This document shows, one piece after another, positions 54,921 through 64,000 of a stretch of 64,000 nt of DNA (the first letter of the stretch is position 1; each line of letters starts with the position of its first letter). The position numbers and the translations under genes are program-made. The notes under the pieces are model-generated. The model saw only the letters and a list, made by a program, of their open reading frames with translations, was not told where the DNA came from and did not search any database. The stretch comes from an uncultured Candidatus Saccharibacteria bacterium (GTDB taxonomy: Bacteria > Patescibacteriota > Minisyncoccia > Portnoybacterales > UBA2143): contig CAZKWY010000001.1 of the NCBI GenBank assembly GCA_964556655.1, forward strand, positions 7,528 through 71,527, read 5' to 3'.

Positions 54921-55931
54921 TTAAAAAAGACTGTTTTCTTCTTCTGGATAAGTTTTCTTAAGGTGGTGGTAAGCGGAAGGAGTAGTTATTCTCCCTCGGG
55001 GAGTGCGGCAAAGAAAGCCTAATTGCATAAGATACGGCTCATAGACATCCGCGATGGTGTCCGTTTCTTCATTGGAAGCTGCGGCCATGGCCTGAAGGCC
55101 TACAGGACCGCCGTTGAATTTCTCGATAATCATTTCTAAGAGGTGGCGGTCTGACGGCTCTAGTCCGAGGTGGTCTATTTCCATCATTGCTAGCGCTTCT
55201 TGGGCCGATTTTTCGTTGATTATTCCGTCTCCTTTAACTTGACTATAATCGCGGACTCTTTTTAAGAGGCGGTTGGCAACTCGCGGAGTTCGCCGAGCTG
55301 ATTGGGCGATTGTTAAAAGAGCTTTTTCGTTTTTTATTTCAACATTCAATATTTGGGCCGAGCGGGCAATAATTTTTTTAATTTCTGAAGGATCGTAAAA
55401 ATCAAGACGATAAGCGGCTCCAAAGCGGCTTCTTAAAGGGGAGGACAAGAGACCGATTCTTGTGGTGGCGCCGATGAGAGTGAAACGAGGCAGATCTAAT
55501 TGGAGGGTGCGCGCCGATGGCCCTTTGCCAATAACAATATCCAAAACAAAATCTTCCATAGCTGGATACAGGGTTTCTTCCACAGTCTTGTTTAGGCGAT
55601 GACATTCATCAATAAAAATGATGTCGCCGTTTTCCAAGTTGGTCAGAATAGAAGCCAAATCTCCGACCTTTTCAATAGCCGGCCCAGAAGTAATTTTAAT
55701 ATGGCGGCCCATTTCTTTGGCGATAATATAGGCAAGACTAGTTTTACCCAGCCCGCTTGGCCCGTGAAGCAGAGTATGGTCGATAGGCTCTCCTCTTCTT
55801 TGCGCGGCCTCTATTAAGATAGAAAGATTTTTCTTTATTTTTTCTTGGCCGATATATTCGTTAAAACTTCTAGGGCGCAAAGTGTTTTCTATGGTTTTGT
55901 CTTCGCTTTTTTTTTGCGAATTAGTAAGCAT
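54921..55931 (-). CDS. ruvB: Holliday junction branch-migration helicase RuvB
   Basis: 336 aa. Walker [12 protein letters not shown], Walker [11 protein letters not shown] and sensor GATTRIG are present. Confidence 0.9.
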   Translation of the reverse strand: MLTNSQKKSEDKTIENTLRPRSFNEYIGQEKIKKNLSILIEAAQRRGEPIDHTLLHGPSGLGKTSLAYIIAKEMGRHIKITSGPAIEKVGDLASILTNLENGDIIFIDECHRLNKTVEETLYPAMEDFVLDIVIGKGPSARTLQLDLPRFTLIGATTRIGLLSSPLRSRFGAAYRLDFYDPSEIKKIIARSAQILNVEIKNEKALLTIAQSARRTPRVANRLLKRVRDYSQVKGDGIINEKSAQEALAMMEIDHLGLEPSDRHLLEMIIEKFNGGPVGLQAMAAASNEETDTIADVYEPYLMQLGFLCRTPRGRITTPSAYHHLKKTYPEEENSLF

Positions 55932-55994
55932 AATTTGATTGAGGATGCTCCTCTCTCTATTGACAAAGATTTATAAATCTGTTATTATCTCAAA

Positions 55995-56318
55995 AATGGA
56001 GAAATAAAACTCCATTATTTTTAATCTTTGACAAACTGCAGGCAATAGGGCTTTTTATTTTATGAGACAGCCCGATGGGATTTCCTCTTAGTTTTCGGAT
56101 ATCCTGGCGCCTTCCACTTACTTGCTAAGAGGCATGATGATAAAACATCAAACGGTGAAAACCGCTTTTCTGTTGGCAAGTAAGTGGGAGGACAAGCTGG
56201 GTTATTCCTCGGAGCAATCTTTCTTTCTGTCCTCAGGCAGAGAGTCTTTGCCTGCAGCTTGGCAAAGATTAATTCATACGTCCCTCTTTAATATTTAAAG
56301 AGGGGTTATTTTTTCAGC
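55995..56318 (+). ncRNA. Candidate structured RNA (~300 nt) in the ruvB-pilB2 intergenic region
   Basis: A plus-strand promoter-like TTGACA-17-TATTAT lies at 55962-55990. An 18-bp stem CCUUCCACUUACUUGC/GCAAGUAAGUGGGAGG has a U-G pair that is valid only on the plus strand, and there are nested small hairpins. An intrinsic terminator CCCTCTTTAA-TATT-TAAAGAGGG followed by TTATTTTTT lies at 56282-56314. Confidence 0.3.
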
Positions 56319-58001
56319 GGCTATTTGATAAGAGCCAACCTCTCTTTCTATTTCTTCTAAGCTGGTGATGCCTTCGCTAGCCTTAAGAAGGGCGTCTTGA
56401 ATCATGAGGATCATTCCTTCTCGACGGGCCGTCCCTTGGATTTGGGAGGCAGAGGCTTTATCAATGATTAACTGTCCAATTTTGTGGCTTACTGCTAAAA
56501 ACTCAAAAACGCCAACTCTTCCTTGGTAGCCAAGGCCGTGGCAAGAAGAACAGCCTTGCGGTTGATAGAATTGTCTAGAAGGAGGGATTTTTATGCCGGC
56601 TGAAGAGGGTATGCAAGAAATAACTTTTTCAATAGCCTCCAGGCCTTTTGGCGAAGGCTGGTGTTTCTTTTTGCACTCAGGGCAGAGCTTTCTGACAAGT
56701 CTTTGGGCGATAATAAGGGTAAGCGCTGAAGCTAAAGAATCAGGCCTCGCTCCCATGCCTGTTAAACGAGGGATGGCGCCAGCCGCTTCATTAGTGTGAA
56801 GGGTGGAAAAAACAATATGGCCGGTCAGAGAAAACTGAATGGCGATGTCGGCGCTTTCTTGGTCTCTAATTTCTCCTACCATAAGAATATCCGGGTCCTG
56901 TCTGACAATAGCTCTTAGGGATTGGGCAAAAGTATGGCCGCGACGCTGGCTGATTTGGGTTTGAGTAATGCCTTCCAGTTGATATTCAATAGGATTTTCT
57001 ACAGTGATAATTTTGTTTCCTGGCTGGTTGACGTAATTTAGAAAAGAATAGAGGGTAGTTGTTTTCCCGGAGCCTGTAGGGCCGGTAGAAAGAATCATTC
57101 CATTGGGTTGGCCAATTTGCTTTTCTACCAAGGGGAGAAGCTCTTTTTTAATGCCAAGGTCGCGCAAAGAGGGTTTTACTTGTCCTATTCCCAAAAGACG
57201 CATGACAATTGTTTCTCCGTGGTTACTGGGCAAAAGAGAGACTCTTACATCTATTTCTTGCTTGATTCTGCTTGATGATTTGATGTGAATAGAAAAACGT
57301 CCGTCTTGGCTGATGTCACGGACGTTTAAAAGCATATCGGAAAGCGTTTTAATTCTGGAAAGAATAAAAAGATAATCTTTATTAGGCATATCGGCCGCTT
57401 TTTGAAGGATCCCATCAACGCGATAGCGTAATCTTGTCTTGTTTTTTTCCGGCTCTAAATGAATATCCGAAGCTTTCATCTTGAGGGCGCCTGCGATAAT
57501 AGCCGAAAGAAGTTTTGTCGTAGAAAGATGGCGGATAGTTTTTTCTAATTCTTGGATAGTAGCCAGAGATTTTTCAAGCTGGGACAATTCTTCTTTGGGG
57601 ATATTAAAAACGCCGCGGAGGGGCGCTTTTTTAGATAGAGAAGCGCTAGACTGGTAAGCAGGCCATCTTTTTTTAAGGCCGCTTAAGGAAACGACAAAAA
57701 TTTGGCACTGGAAGCCTTTGGCTTGAAGATGTTCAATAATTTTTTGGGCTTTTTTATTTTGGGGATCTGCGGCAGCAATTATTATTTTGGGGCCGCTTTT
57801 ATCAATAACAAGAACTTTTGCTTGTTTTGCTTGCTCTTCAGGAATAGTGGCCATGTCCTCCGCGTCTATTGGGGCAAGAGACAAATCAAGATAGGGCAAA
57901 TCTAATTTTTGGGCTAGCTGTTTGGCCCTGGTCTCTTCTTCTTGTTTTTTGATTTGAGCCAGTTTTTCCTCTAGTTGTTTTTTGCTCTTGAGCTCGGACA
58001 T
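56295..58001 (-). CDS. Second GspE/PilB-family secretion ATPase with a tetracysteine zinc motif
   Basis: 568 aa. It has an N-terminal T2SSE_N-like domain, Walker A GPTGSGKTTTLYSFL, Walker B in PDILMVGEIRD, and CPECKK...CSSCHG cysteines typical of PilB rather than PilT. Confidence 0.8.
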   Translation of the reverse strand: MSELKSKKQLEEKLAQIKKQEEETRAKQLAQKLDLPYLDLSLAPIDAEDMATIPEEQAKQAKVLVIDKSGPKIIIAAADPQNKKAQKIIEHLQAKGFQCQIFVVSLSGLKKRWPAYQSSASLSKKAPLRGVFNIPKEELSQLEKSLATIQELEKTIRHLSTTKLLSAIIAGALKMKASDIHLEPEKNKTRLRYRVDGILQKAADMPNKDYLFILSRIKTLSDMLLNVRDISQDGRFSIHIKSSSRIKQEIDVRVSLLPSNHGETIVMRLLGIGQVKPSLRDLGIKKELLPLVEKQIGQPNGMILSTGPTGSGKTTTLYSFLNYVNQPGNKIITVENPIEYQLEGITQTQISQRRGHTFAQSLRAIVRQDPDILMVGEIRDQESADIAIQFSLTGHIVFSTLHTNEAAGAIPRLTGMGARPDSLASALTLIIAQRLVRKLCPECKKKHQPSPKGLEAIEKVISCIPSSAGIKIPPSRQFYQPQGCSSCHGLGYQGRVGVFEFLAVSHKIGQLIIDKASASQIQGTARREGMILMIQDALLKASEGITSLEEIEREVGSYQIAAEKITPL

Positions 58002-58084
58002 ATTTTTAAAGCTTCTTTTAAAATAAAATGGCTTTGCTTTTCTTAAAGAAAGTCTAGCTTATTTTTTCCACAGGGTCAAACTGA

Positions 58085-58597
58085 TTGTTTTGGCATTATG
58101 GCTGTAGTATAATAAAAATAGTGAAAGCGAACAATTTATTGGAGGTTGTTGTCAAAAGCAAAGAAGAAATGAAGAAAGTAGGCCTTCTTTTAGGGCGGGA
58201 GATTAAGCAGACTATGGCAGAAAGAAAAAAGTCTTTGGTTATCTGCCTAAAAGGCGAATTGGGAAGCGGCAAGACGACTTTTGTTCAAGGACTGGCCCAA
58301 GGATTAGAGGGGAAAGGTAAAATCACCAGCCCTACTTTTGTGATTATGAAAAAAATTCCTGTTTCGGCTGGCTTTTTATATCATTTTGACTGTTATCGCC
58401 TCCATGGCAAAAAAGAAGCGATCGAGTTGGGCTTTGACGAAATTATTTCTTTTCCCAAAAATATTGTTGTCATTGAATGGCCGGAAAAGATTAGAAGCCT
58501 TCTTCCCGCGGGCGTTCTTTGGATAAAATTTGTTCATTTGTCAGAGGGCCAGAGAAAAATTGAAATTGGAACAAAACGATTAAGCAGGGAAAGTTAA
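58085..58597 (+). CDS. tsaE: tRNA threonylcarbamoyladenosine biosynthesis protein TsaE
   Basis: The P-loop LKGELGSGKTTFVQGLAQGL and SPTFVIMKKI...FHFDCYRL are TsaE/YjeE signatures. The start is uncertain. Confidence 0.75.
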   Translation: MFWHYGCSIIKIVKANNLLEVVVKSKEEMKKVGLLLGREIKQTMAERKKSLVICLKGELGSGKTTFVQGLAQGLEGKGKITSPTFVIMKKIPVSAGFLYHFDCYRLHGKKEAIELGFDEIISFPKNIVVIEWPEKIRSLLPAGVLWIKFVHLSEGQRKIEIGTKRLSRES

Positions 58598-59467
58598 ATG
58601 AAAAAGCAAACGAGCAAAGCAGTTATCCTTGACAGTAATTCTTTGGTCCATCGGGCTTATCATGCTCTGCCGCCTTTAAAGACGCCGCGAGGATGTTTGG
58701 TCAATGTTGTTTATGGTTTTATTTCAATATTTTTCAAAATTATTAATGACACCGCGCCTGCTTATGTGGCGGCGGCCTTTGACTTAGAGGGCCCGACCTT
58801 TAGGGATGAAATTTACCATGAGTATAAGGCTAAGAGGGTTAGGCCGTCACAGGAAATGTATGATCAAATTCCTCTGATAAAGGAATTTCTCGATTGTCTT
58901 TCCGTGGCTATTTACGAAAAAAAAGGCTTTGAGGCAGACGATATTATTGGGACAATTGTAGAAAAAAATTCATCCAGGCCTCTTACTAATATTATTATTA
59001 CTGGTGATTTAGATACTCTTCAATTGGTTAACAGCAAAACAAGAGTTTATTTAAGCCAAGGAGGGGGAAGGGTTAAAATTTATGATTTTTCTTCGGTCAA
59101 AGAACGTTATGGATTCGCGCCTTGTTATCTGCCTGATTTTAGAGGGCTGAGGGGAGATCCTTCTGACAATATTAGCGGAGTGCCGGGGATAGGAGAAAAA
59201 ACAGCCCAAAGTCTTATTGTTGAGTTTGGCCGGCTGGAAAAGCTATATCAAGAAATAGAGAAAAGCTCTCTAGACCAAAAAATTAAATCTCGCTTGCTTG
59301 AATATAAAGGAGAAGCTTTTTTAAGCAAGCGCTTGTCAGAGATCAAAAGAGACGCGCCCATTCCTTATTCTTTAAGGGAATGCCAATGGGGCGGATATGA
59401 TCGCAAAAAAGCAAATGATTTTCTTGAGGGGTTGGGTTTTAAATCCTTAGTTGGGCGTCTGCCTTAA
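58598..59467 (+). CDS. Stand-alone 5'-3' exonuclease/FEN (PolI N-terminal-domain-like)
   Basis: 289 aa. ILDSNSLVHRAYHALPPLKT, VAAFD, YKAKR, IITGDLDTLQLV and GVPGIGEKTA (helix-hairpin-helix) are present. Confidence 0.8.
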   Translation: MKKQTSKAVILDSNSLVHRAYHALPPLKTPRGCLVNVVYGFISIFFKIINDTAPAYVAAAFDLEGPTFRDEIYHEYKAKRVRPSQEMYDQIPLIKEFLDCLSVAIYEKKGFEADDIIGTIVEKNSSRPLTNIIITGDLDTLQLVNSKTRVYLSQGGGRVKIYDFSSVKERYGFAPCYLPDFRGLRGDPSDNISGVPGIGEKTAQSLIVEFGRLEKLYQEIEKSSLDQKIKSRLLEYKGEAFLSKRLSEIKRDAPIPYSLRECQWGGYDRKKANDFLEGLGFKSLVGRLP

Positions 59468-59485
59468 TAATAAATAAATTTTAAG

Positions 59486-60418
59486 ATGGAGCTAAAAAAA
59501 ATCATCAAAGAGAAAATTCTTCTTTTAGGGCCGGAGTATGAATTTGAGGGTGCTGATCTCTATTGCGATCTAAAAAAGAAGATTGCCGAAAACAATCGTA
59601 TTAGATATGTTATTGTAATTATTTTTATTATCAATCCTTTTTTGATGAGATTTCTCTTTGGGGTGGCAATCCCTTACATGGCTTCTTTCCTGGCTGGCAT
59701 TATTTTGATTTATACTTATTTTTCTCAAGTGGTCGTTAACAAAAATATTTTTAAGACTGCTAGCAGTTTAAGTAATTTTTATTTGTTCTTTTTAATCATT
59801 TTAGACCTAATTATTTTCTTGCCGTTTGCTTTTCATTATATGAGCGGACTTAATTGGATTCATCTAATGATTTACTGCTATTTTATTGTTTACGGCTACT
59901 TGGTTTTTCCCAAGTATTGGCAGGCGGGTCTTTTGACGGTGGCAGTAGTTGTTTCGGCAGTAGAAACAGGTCTCTTGGACTATCTTAGGATATTGGAGCC
60001 GGTTCAAATCTTTCCTGAACTAATGAACAATCCCCAGCTTCATAAAGGATTTTTTCTGGCGACTTCAGTAACTTTTTTTATCATTTTATATTTTATTGCT
60101 TATTGGAGCTATTCTTTCGCCCGTTATCTCAAAGATGAAAAAGAAGAACTAAGAGAAGCCAAGACAAAATTAGAAAAGATAAAGAGCGGTTTAGAGGAAG
60201 AGGTGGGGCAGAGAACTATGGCTTTGCAAAAAGAAAAAGAACTTCTTGACAAAAGAGTTAGAGAAAGGACTGAAGAGCTCCAAGAAAAGGTCAATGATTT
60301 AGAGAGATTTCATCGCTTAACAGTTGGAAGGGAGTTAAGGATGATTGAACTTAAAAAGAAAGTCGAACAATTTGATAAAAAGAAAAAAGAGAAAAATAAA
60401 AAAAATAAATCGAGCTAA
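59486..60418 (+). CDS. Polytopic membrane protein with a C-terminal coiled-coil, possibly a truncated sensor module
   Basis: 310 aa with about 6 TM helices, then EELREAKTKLEKIKSGLEEEV...FHRLTVGRELRMIELKKKV. No kinase domain follows. Confidence 0.4.
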   Translation: MELKKIIKEKILLLGPEYEFEGADLYCDLKKKIAENNRIRYVIVIIFIINPFLMRFLFGVAIPYMASFLAGIILIYTYFSQVVVNKNIFKTASSLSNFYLFFLIILDLIIFLPFAFHYMSGLNWIHLMIYCYFIVYGYLVFPKYWQAGLLTVAVVVSAVETGLLDYLRILEPVQIFPELMNNPQLHKGFFLATSVTFFIILYFIAYWSYSFARYLKDEKEELREAKTKLEKIKSGLEEEVGQRTMALQKEKELLDKRVRERTEELQEKVNDLERFHRLTVGRELRMIELKKKVEQFDKKKKEKNKKNKSS

Positions 60419-60439
60419 TAAGGCCGTCATTTTGGTCTT

Positions 60440-61618
60440 ATGGTTTTTAAGCAGATGAAAGTAGGCATTGTTGGGAGCGGAGTGGCCGGTTTAACTTGCG
60501 CTTACCGGCTTTCCCAAAAGAAAATAGAAACTATCAACATAGAAAGAGAGCCTTTTATCGGCGGTCGGCTCTTTTATAATATTGGAGCTATTACTGGCGA
60601 GGATGTTTACCCAAGGACGCACAGTCTCATTAAGGACCTAGGCATAGAAGTCTTAGTGACGCCCCTCGCTCCGTCTGAGCTGGCGGTAGTAGGCGGCAAA
60701 AAAGTGATAGGAGCTGAAACGGCTCCGGAAATGCTAAAACAACTTTCCAAAGAAGATCTTGATTATTACCAGGAATTTATGAAAACTTTAGCCACCCTTG
60801 ACTTTGATGGCGGGACTGGCGAGATAGAAAAATTAAGAGACATCTCTTTAGAGGAGTATTTAAAGGACTGTCCTGATTCTATCAAGCATTTCTTTGTTAG
60901 CGCTATTATGAACTTTGTTTTTGAAAGCGATTACAGCAAGATGGCGGCTGATTACGGACTTTTTGTCTTAAAGCATGGTTTTGATGTTTTTGCCGGCAAG
61001 GGATATATCTTTGAAGAAAGCTTAATCCCTCTAGGCAATGTTTTAGAAGAAAAAGTTAGGCAAGCAGGTGGAAAAATTGAAAACGACTCATTAGTAGAAG
61101 AGATTACGGAAGAAGGAGGAGAATTTAGGATAAAATATGACCAGAAAAAGAAAGAAAAAGATATCGTTGTAGATAGAATTGTTCTGACGACGCCCCTTCC
61201 TGTTGCCAAAAAAATATTCCCTGCCTTAGAAATAACTAGCGATATTTTTTATAAGGACATTAAATGCTTTTTAGTTAAGGGAGAGCTCAAAGAAAATAGA
61301 AAACTTTTTGTCGGTGTTAGAGAACAGGATGTGAGCAATATGGATATTATCTCCACGGGCCTTCCTTTTGAGCATTTAGTGATTCCTTTTGATCCGGGGA
61401 AAGAGATAGATTTTGACGTTTGGTATAATAGTTATTCTGTGATAGACGAAAAAATAGTGCCTAACGGAATGTCTGTCCGCCCTCCAAAGGCGCGAATGCC
61501 AGAGCTAACCACTAATATTAAGGGGGCTTATTTGTGCGGAGATTTTTATCATTACCCGATGATTGAGGCTTCTGTTAATTCAGCTAACCAAGTAGTTGAA
61601 ATGATCAGCAGTTATTAA
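60440..61618 (+). CDS. FAD/NAD(P)-binding oxidoreductase (amine-oxidase/desaturase-like)
   Basis: 392 aa. The N-terminal Rossmann dinucleotide motif is KVGIVGSGVAGLTCAYRL. Confidence 0.6.
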   Translation: MVFKQMKVGIVGSGVAGLTCAYRLSQKKIETINIEREPFIGGRLFYNIGAITGEDVYPRTHSLIKDLGIEVLVTPLAPSELAVVGGKKVIGAETAPEMLKQLSKEDLDYYQEFMKTLATLDFDGGTGEIEKLRDISLEEYLKDCPDSIKHFFVSAIMNFVFESDYSKMAADYGLFVLKHGFDVFAGKGYIFEESLIPLGNVLEEKVRQAGGKIENDSLVEEITEEGGEFRIKYDQKKKEKDIVVDRIVLTTPLPVAKKIFPALEITSDIFYKDIKCFLVKGELKENRKLFVGVREQDVSNMDIISTGLPFEHLVIPFDPGKEIDFDVWYNSYSVIDEKIVPNGMSVRPPKARMPELTTNIKGAYLCGDFYHYPMIEASVNSANQVVEMISSY

Positions 61619-61631
61619 AAATAAAAAATTT

Positions 61632-62231
61632 ATGATTAATGCAGAAGAAGTGGAAAAATTAATGGCTCTGGAAGGGAGATGCCGAGGGGCGGTTTTTCAG
61701 ACTGATGGGCAGTATATTATTAACCAAAAAGGCAGGGCCGGGATGGAGAAAATTAAGGAGCTGGGCAAAAAAATCGGCCAACCTATTCCCTACGGGAAAG
61801 AGGTTCAAGCTACTAGATGGTATCCTTTGGGTTGGCGTGTCATTTCACTATTGATGGCACAAGAAGTTTTTGGCTGGGGAGAAAGAGATTTGTTCGATAT
61901 GGGCTGCGAGGCGCCCAAAAAGTCATTTATTATCAAAACCATTCTTCGTTATTTTATCTCAATAGAAAAAACTTTTGCTGAAAGCTCTAAATATTGGGAA
62001 AAGCATTATTCTGTTGGCTTTCTAACAGCTCCTGAAATTAGCGAAGAAGAAAAGACGCTTGTTCTTCGTTTGGAAGAATTTAATGTCCATCCTATCCTTT
62101 GCCCTTATTTTAGGGGCTATTTTAAGGGACTGGCCAATTTGGTTATTAGGACCGATAAAATAACCATTAAAGAGACGAAGTGCCCTTTTAAGGAAGGCGG
62201 CTACCACGAATTTGTCATTAAATGGGAGTAA
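61632..62231 (+). CDS. Hypothetical protein whose 3' end overlaps the downstream PAS-histidine kinase start
   Basis: 199 aa with no recognised domain. It overlaps the kinase gene by 20 nt, which suggests co-translation. Confidence 0.35.
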   Translation: MINAEEVEKLMALEGRCRGAVFQTDGQYIINQKGRAGMEKIKELGKKIGQPIPYGKEVQATRWYPLGWRVISLLMAQEVFGWGERDLFDMGCEAPKKSFIIKTILRYFISIEKTFAESSKYWEKHYSVGFLTAPEISEEEKTLVLRLEEFNVHPILCPYFRGYFKGLANLVIRTDKITIKETKCPFKEGGYHEFVIKWE

Positions 62232-63807
62232 TTTTTTACTATCAATGGCGGAGGAAGAAAAATATTTACTTGAGCAAACAGAAGAGGATTTAGAAAACCT
62301 CGAAAAATATATCGAAGACTTTTCGATCTTTTTGCCTATGCCTGTTTGTTCGGTCAACCCGGCCGGCAACATTGTGGATGCCAACCAAGCTGCGGTTAAT
62401 CTTACTGGCTACTCTGATATAGAGCTAATCGGTCAAAAAATAGAGTCTATTTTTAAAGATCAGGAAAGCGTCCGCCATTTATTTAATGATGTCTTAGAAA
62501 GGGGCGTAGTTAGAAAGAAAGAATTTATTCTTCTTTCTAAAAAAAGAAACAATATTCCTGTTAGTGTTTCGGCGGCGGCTAGAAAAGACAGCGTGGGCGA
62601 TGTTATCGGAGTCTTTTGGGCTATGTCAGATATTACTGAAGCCAAGAAATGCCAAATAGGGCTGGAAGAAGAAGTCTCTGAAAGGATGCAGGAATTAGAA
62701 AGAACCAGAAGAGCTTTGCTCAATATGCTAGAAGACGCTGAAGGCTCAAGAAGGCTTTTAGAAGAGGAGAAAAATAAAACCAGAGCGACTTTGATAAGCT
62801 TGACTGACGGATTGATTGTTTTTGACAACAAGGAAAGAATTAGCTTAGTTAATCCTCAGGCAGAGCAGATTCTAGGAGTTAAAGAAAGCGAAGTTTTAGG
62901 CAAAAGGATTTCCCAGGCTAGAAAATTTGGGGAAATAAATAAGCTTTACCAGTTATTAGGAGGAGAAATTGCTTGGACTGGGCAAAGATACGAGCTTTTT
63001 CTAAAGGAACCTCTTAAAAGATATTTTCAGGTTTCTATTACTCCTGCTACTGCCGGAGGAGAGATTTTTGGCATGATGGTCGTCCTTCATGATATTACCA
63101 GAGAAAAAGAAATTGATCGCTTAAGAAACGAATTTGTTTCTATTGCCGCTCATCAGCTAAGAACGCCTCTTTCCGCTATCAAGTGGATTTTAAAGATTCT
63201 TCTAGACGGAGACGCGGGAGAGCTGAATAAAGAGCAAAACTCTCTTTTGCGAAAAGGGTATCAAAGCAATGAAAGGATGATCTCCTTAATTAACGATCTT
63301 TTGAATGTGGCTCGGATCGAAGAGGGGAGGTTTGTTTACGAACCGTCTTTTTGCTCCATAGAAAAAATTGTTAAAGAAAGAGTAGAGGGGTTAAAAGAGC
63401 TAGCGGAAAAGAAAGGCGTTAATCTTTCTTTCGATATGCCGGACAAGCCCTTGCCGCGGATTAAAGTAGATAAAGAAAAAATTGATCTAGTAGTGCAGAA
63501 CTTTCTGGACAATGCTGTTAGCTTTACCTCCTTTGGCGGGAGGGTGACAGCGTCAATAAAGCGTGATAATATGGTAATAAGATTTGCTGTTGAAGATACG
63601 GGAATAGGCATCCCAGAATCAGAACAAAACCGTATTTTCAAAAAGTTTTTCAGAGCGGAAAGCGCTATGCGTTCAGAATCAGAAGGAACCGGCTTAGGCT
63701 TATTTATCAGCAAAAATATTATTAAGGCTCATGGCGGAGAAATTGGTTTTGAGAGCGAGGAAAGAAAAGGAAGCACTTTTTGGTTTGAGTTGCCTATTAA
63801 AACATAG
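62212..63807 (+). CDS. PAS-domain sensor histidine kinase (cytoplasmic)
   Basis: 531 aa. PAS-like regions precede HisKA (NEFVSIAAHQLRTPLSAIKWIL) and HATPase_c (DNAVSFT, EDTGIGIP, GTGLGLFISKNIIKAHGGEI). It is a paralog of the kinase at 14126. Confidence 0.85.
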   Translation: MSLNGSNFLLSMAEEEKYLLEQTEEDLENLEKYIEDFSIFLPMPVCSVNPAGNIVDANQAAVNLTGYSDIELIGQKIESIFKDQESVRHLFNDVLERGVVRKKEFILLSKKRNNIPVSVSAAARKDSVGDVIGVFWAMSDITEAKKCQIGLEEEVSERMQELERTRRALLNMLEDAEGSRRLLEEEKNKTRATLISLTDGLIVFDNKERISLVNPQAEQILGVKESEVLGKRISQARKFGEINKLYQLLGGEIAWTGQRYELFLKEPLKRYFQVSITPATAGGEIFGMMVVLHDITREKEIDRLRNEFVSIAAHQLRTPLSAIKWILKILLDGDAGELNKEQNSLLRKGYQSNERMISLINDLLNVARIEEGRFVYEPSFCSIEKIVKERVEGLKELAEKKGVNLSFDMPDKPLPRIKVDKEKIDLVVQNFLDNAVSFTSFGGRVTASIKRDNMVIRFAVEDTGIGIPESEQNRIFKKFFRAESAMRSESEGTGLGLFISKNIIKAHGGEIGFESEERKGSTFWFELPIKT

Positions 63808-63879
63808 AAGGCACTTCTACGGTTTGCCCGCAAGAAGCGCTAGCCTCTTCTTGCGTTGCATTCTGGGTGCTATATAATA

Positions 63880-64000
63880 ATGAAAAAGATACTCATTATT
63901 GAAGATGAAGAGGTCTTGCTTAATCTCATTGAGGCGAAGCTAAGAAAAGAAGGCTACAAAGTAGCAATAGCCAAAGACGGAGTAGAGGGGCTTAAAATGG
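63880..64000 (+). CDS. Response regulator receiver domain (N-terminal fragment; continues beyond the window)
   Basis: MKKILIIEDEEVLLNLIEAKLRKEGYKVAIAKDGVEGLKM is a receiver-domain N-terminus. Confidence 0.7.
   Translation, partial: MKKILIIEDEEVLLNLIEAKLRKEGYKVAIAKDGVEGLKM

Overview
This is a low-GC (~40%), gene-dense bacterial chromosomal window. The proteins are small, there is a type IV pilus (T4P) module with no secretin, and lysine-rich tails are common. All of that fits a reduced-genome bacterium, plausibly CPR/Patescibacteria-like, but that is inference only. The backbone is housekeeping: a partial pnp with rpsO, cca, nusA, rny with ymdB, hup, and the classic origin block rpmH-rnpA-yidC-jag | oriC | dnaA-dnaN. 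Further right come ruvC, yebC, ruvB, tsaE, a 5'-3' exonuclease and a class A PBP. Six tRNAs are present (Lys-CTT, Arg-TCG, Pro-CGG, Ala-CGC, Gly-TCC, Pro-TGG). No rRNA, CRISPR array or transposase was found. Accessory content: (1) a T4P locus (HK and RR, PilB, PilC, four prepilin-like genes) plus a second distant PilB-like ATPase; (2) a compact type IV secretion-like cluster (VirB6/TrbL-like, PrgI/VirB3-like, VirB4, VirB2-like pilin) embedded among secreted proteins with cysteine-rich C-terminal modules; (3) two O-antigen-ligase-family proteins and a Wzx flippase; (4) a pair of ATP-grasp enzymes, one fused to a retropepsin-like peptidase, next to a polytopic membrane protein; (5) a family of palindromic GGACTGT...ACAGTCC repeat elements at four sites, two of them in-frame inside coding sequence (the rsmA/ksgA body and the malic enzyme 3' end); (6) a ~1 kb GC-rich tRNA-adjacent insert carrying an orphan ORF; (7) two promoter/terminator-bounded structured intergenic RNAs of unknown class; (8) a frameshifted TrmB-like regulator and a TrxR-like flavoprotein lacking the CxxC redox motif.
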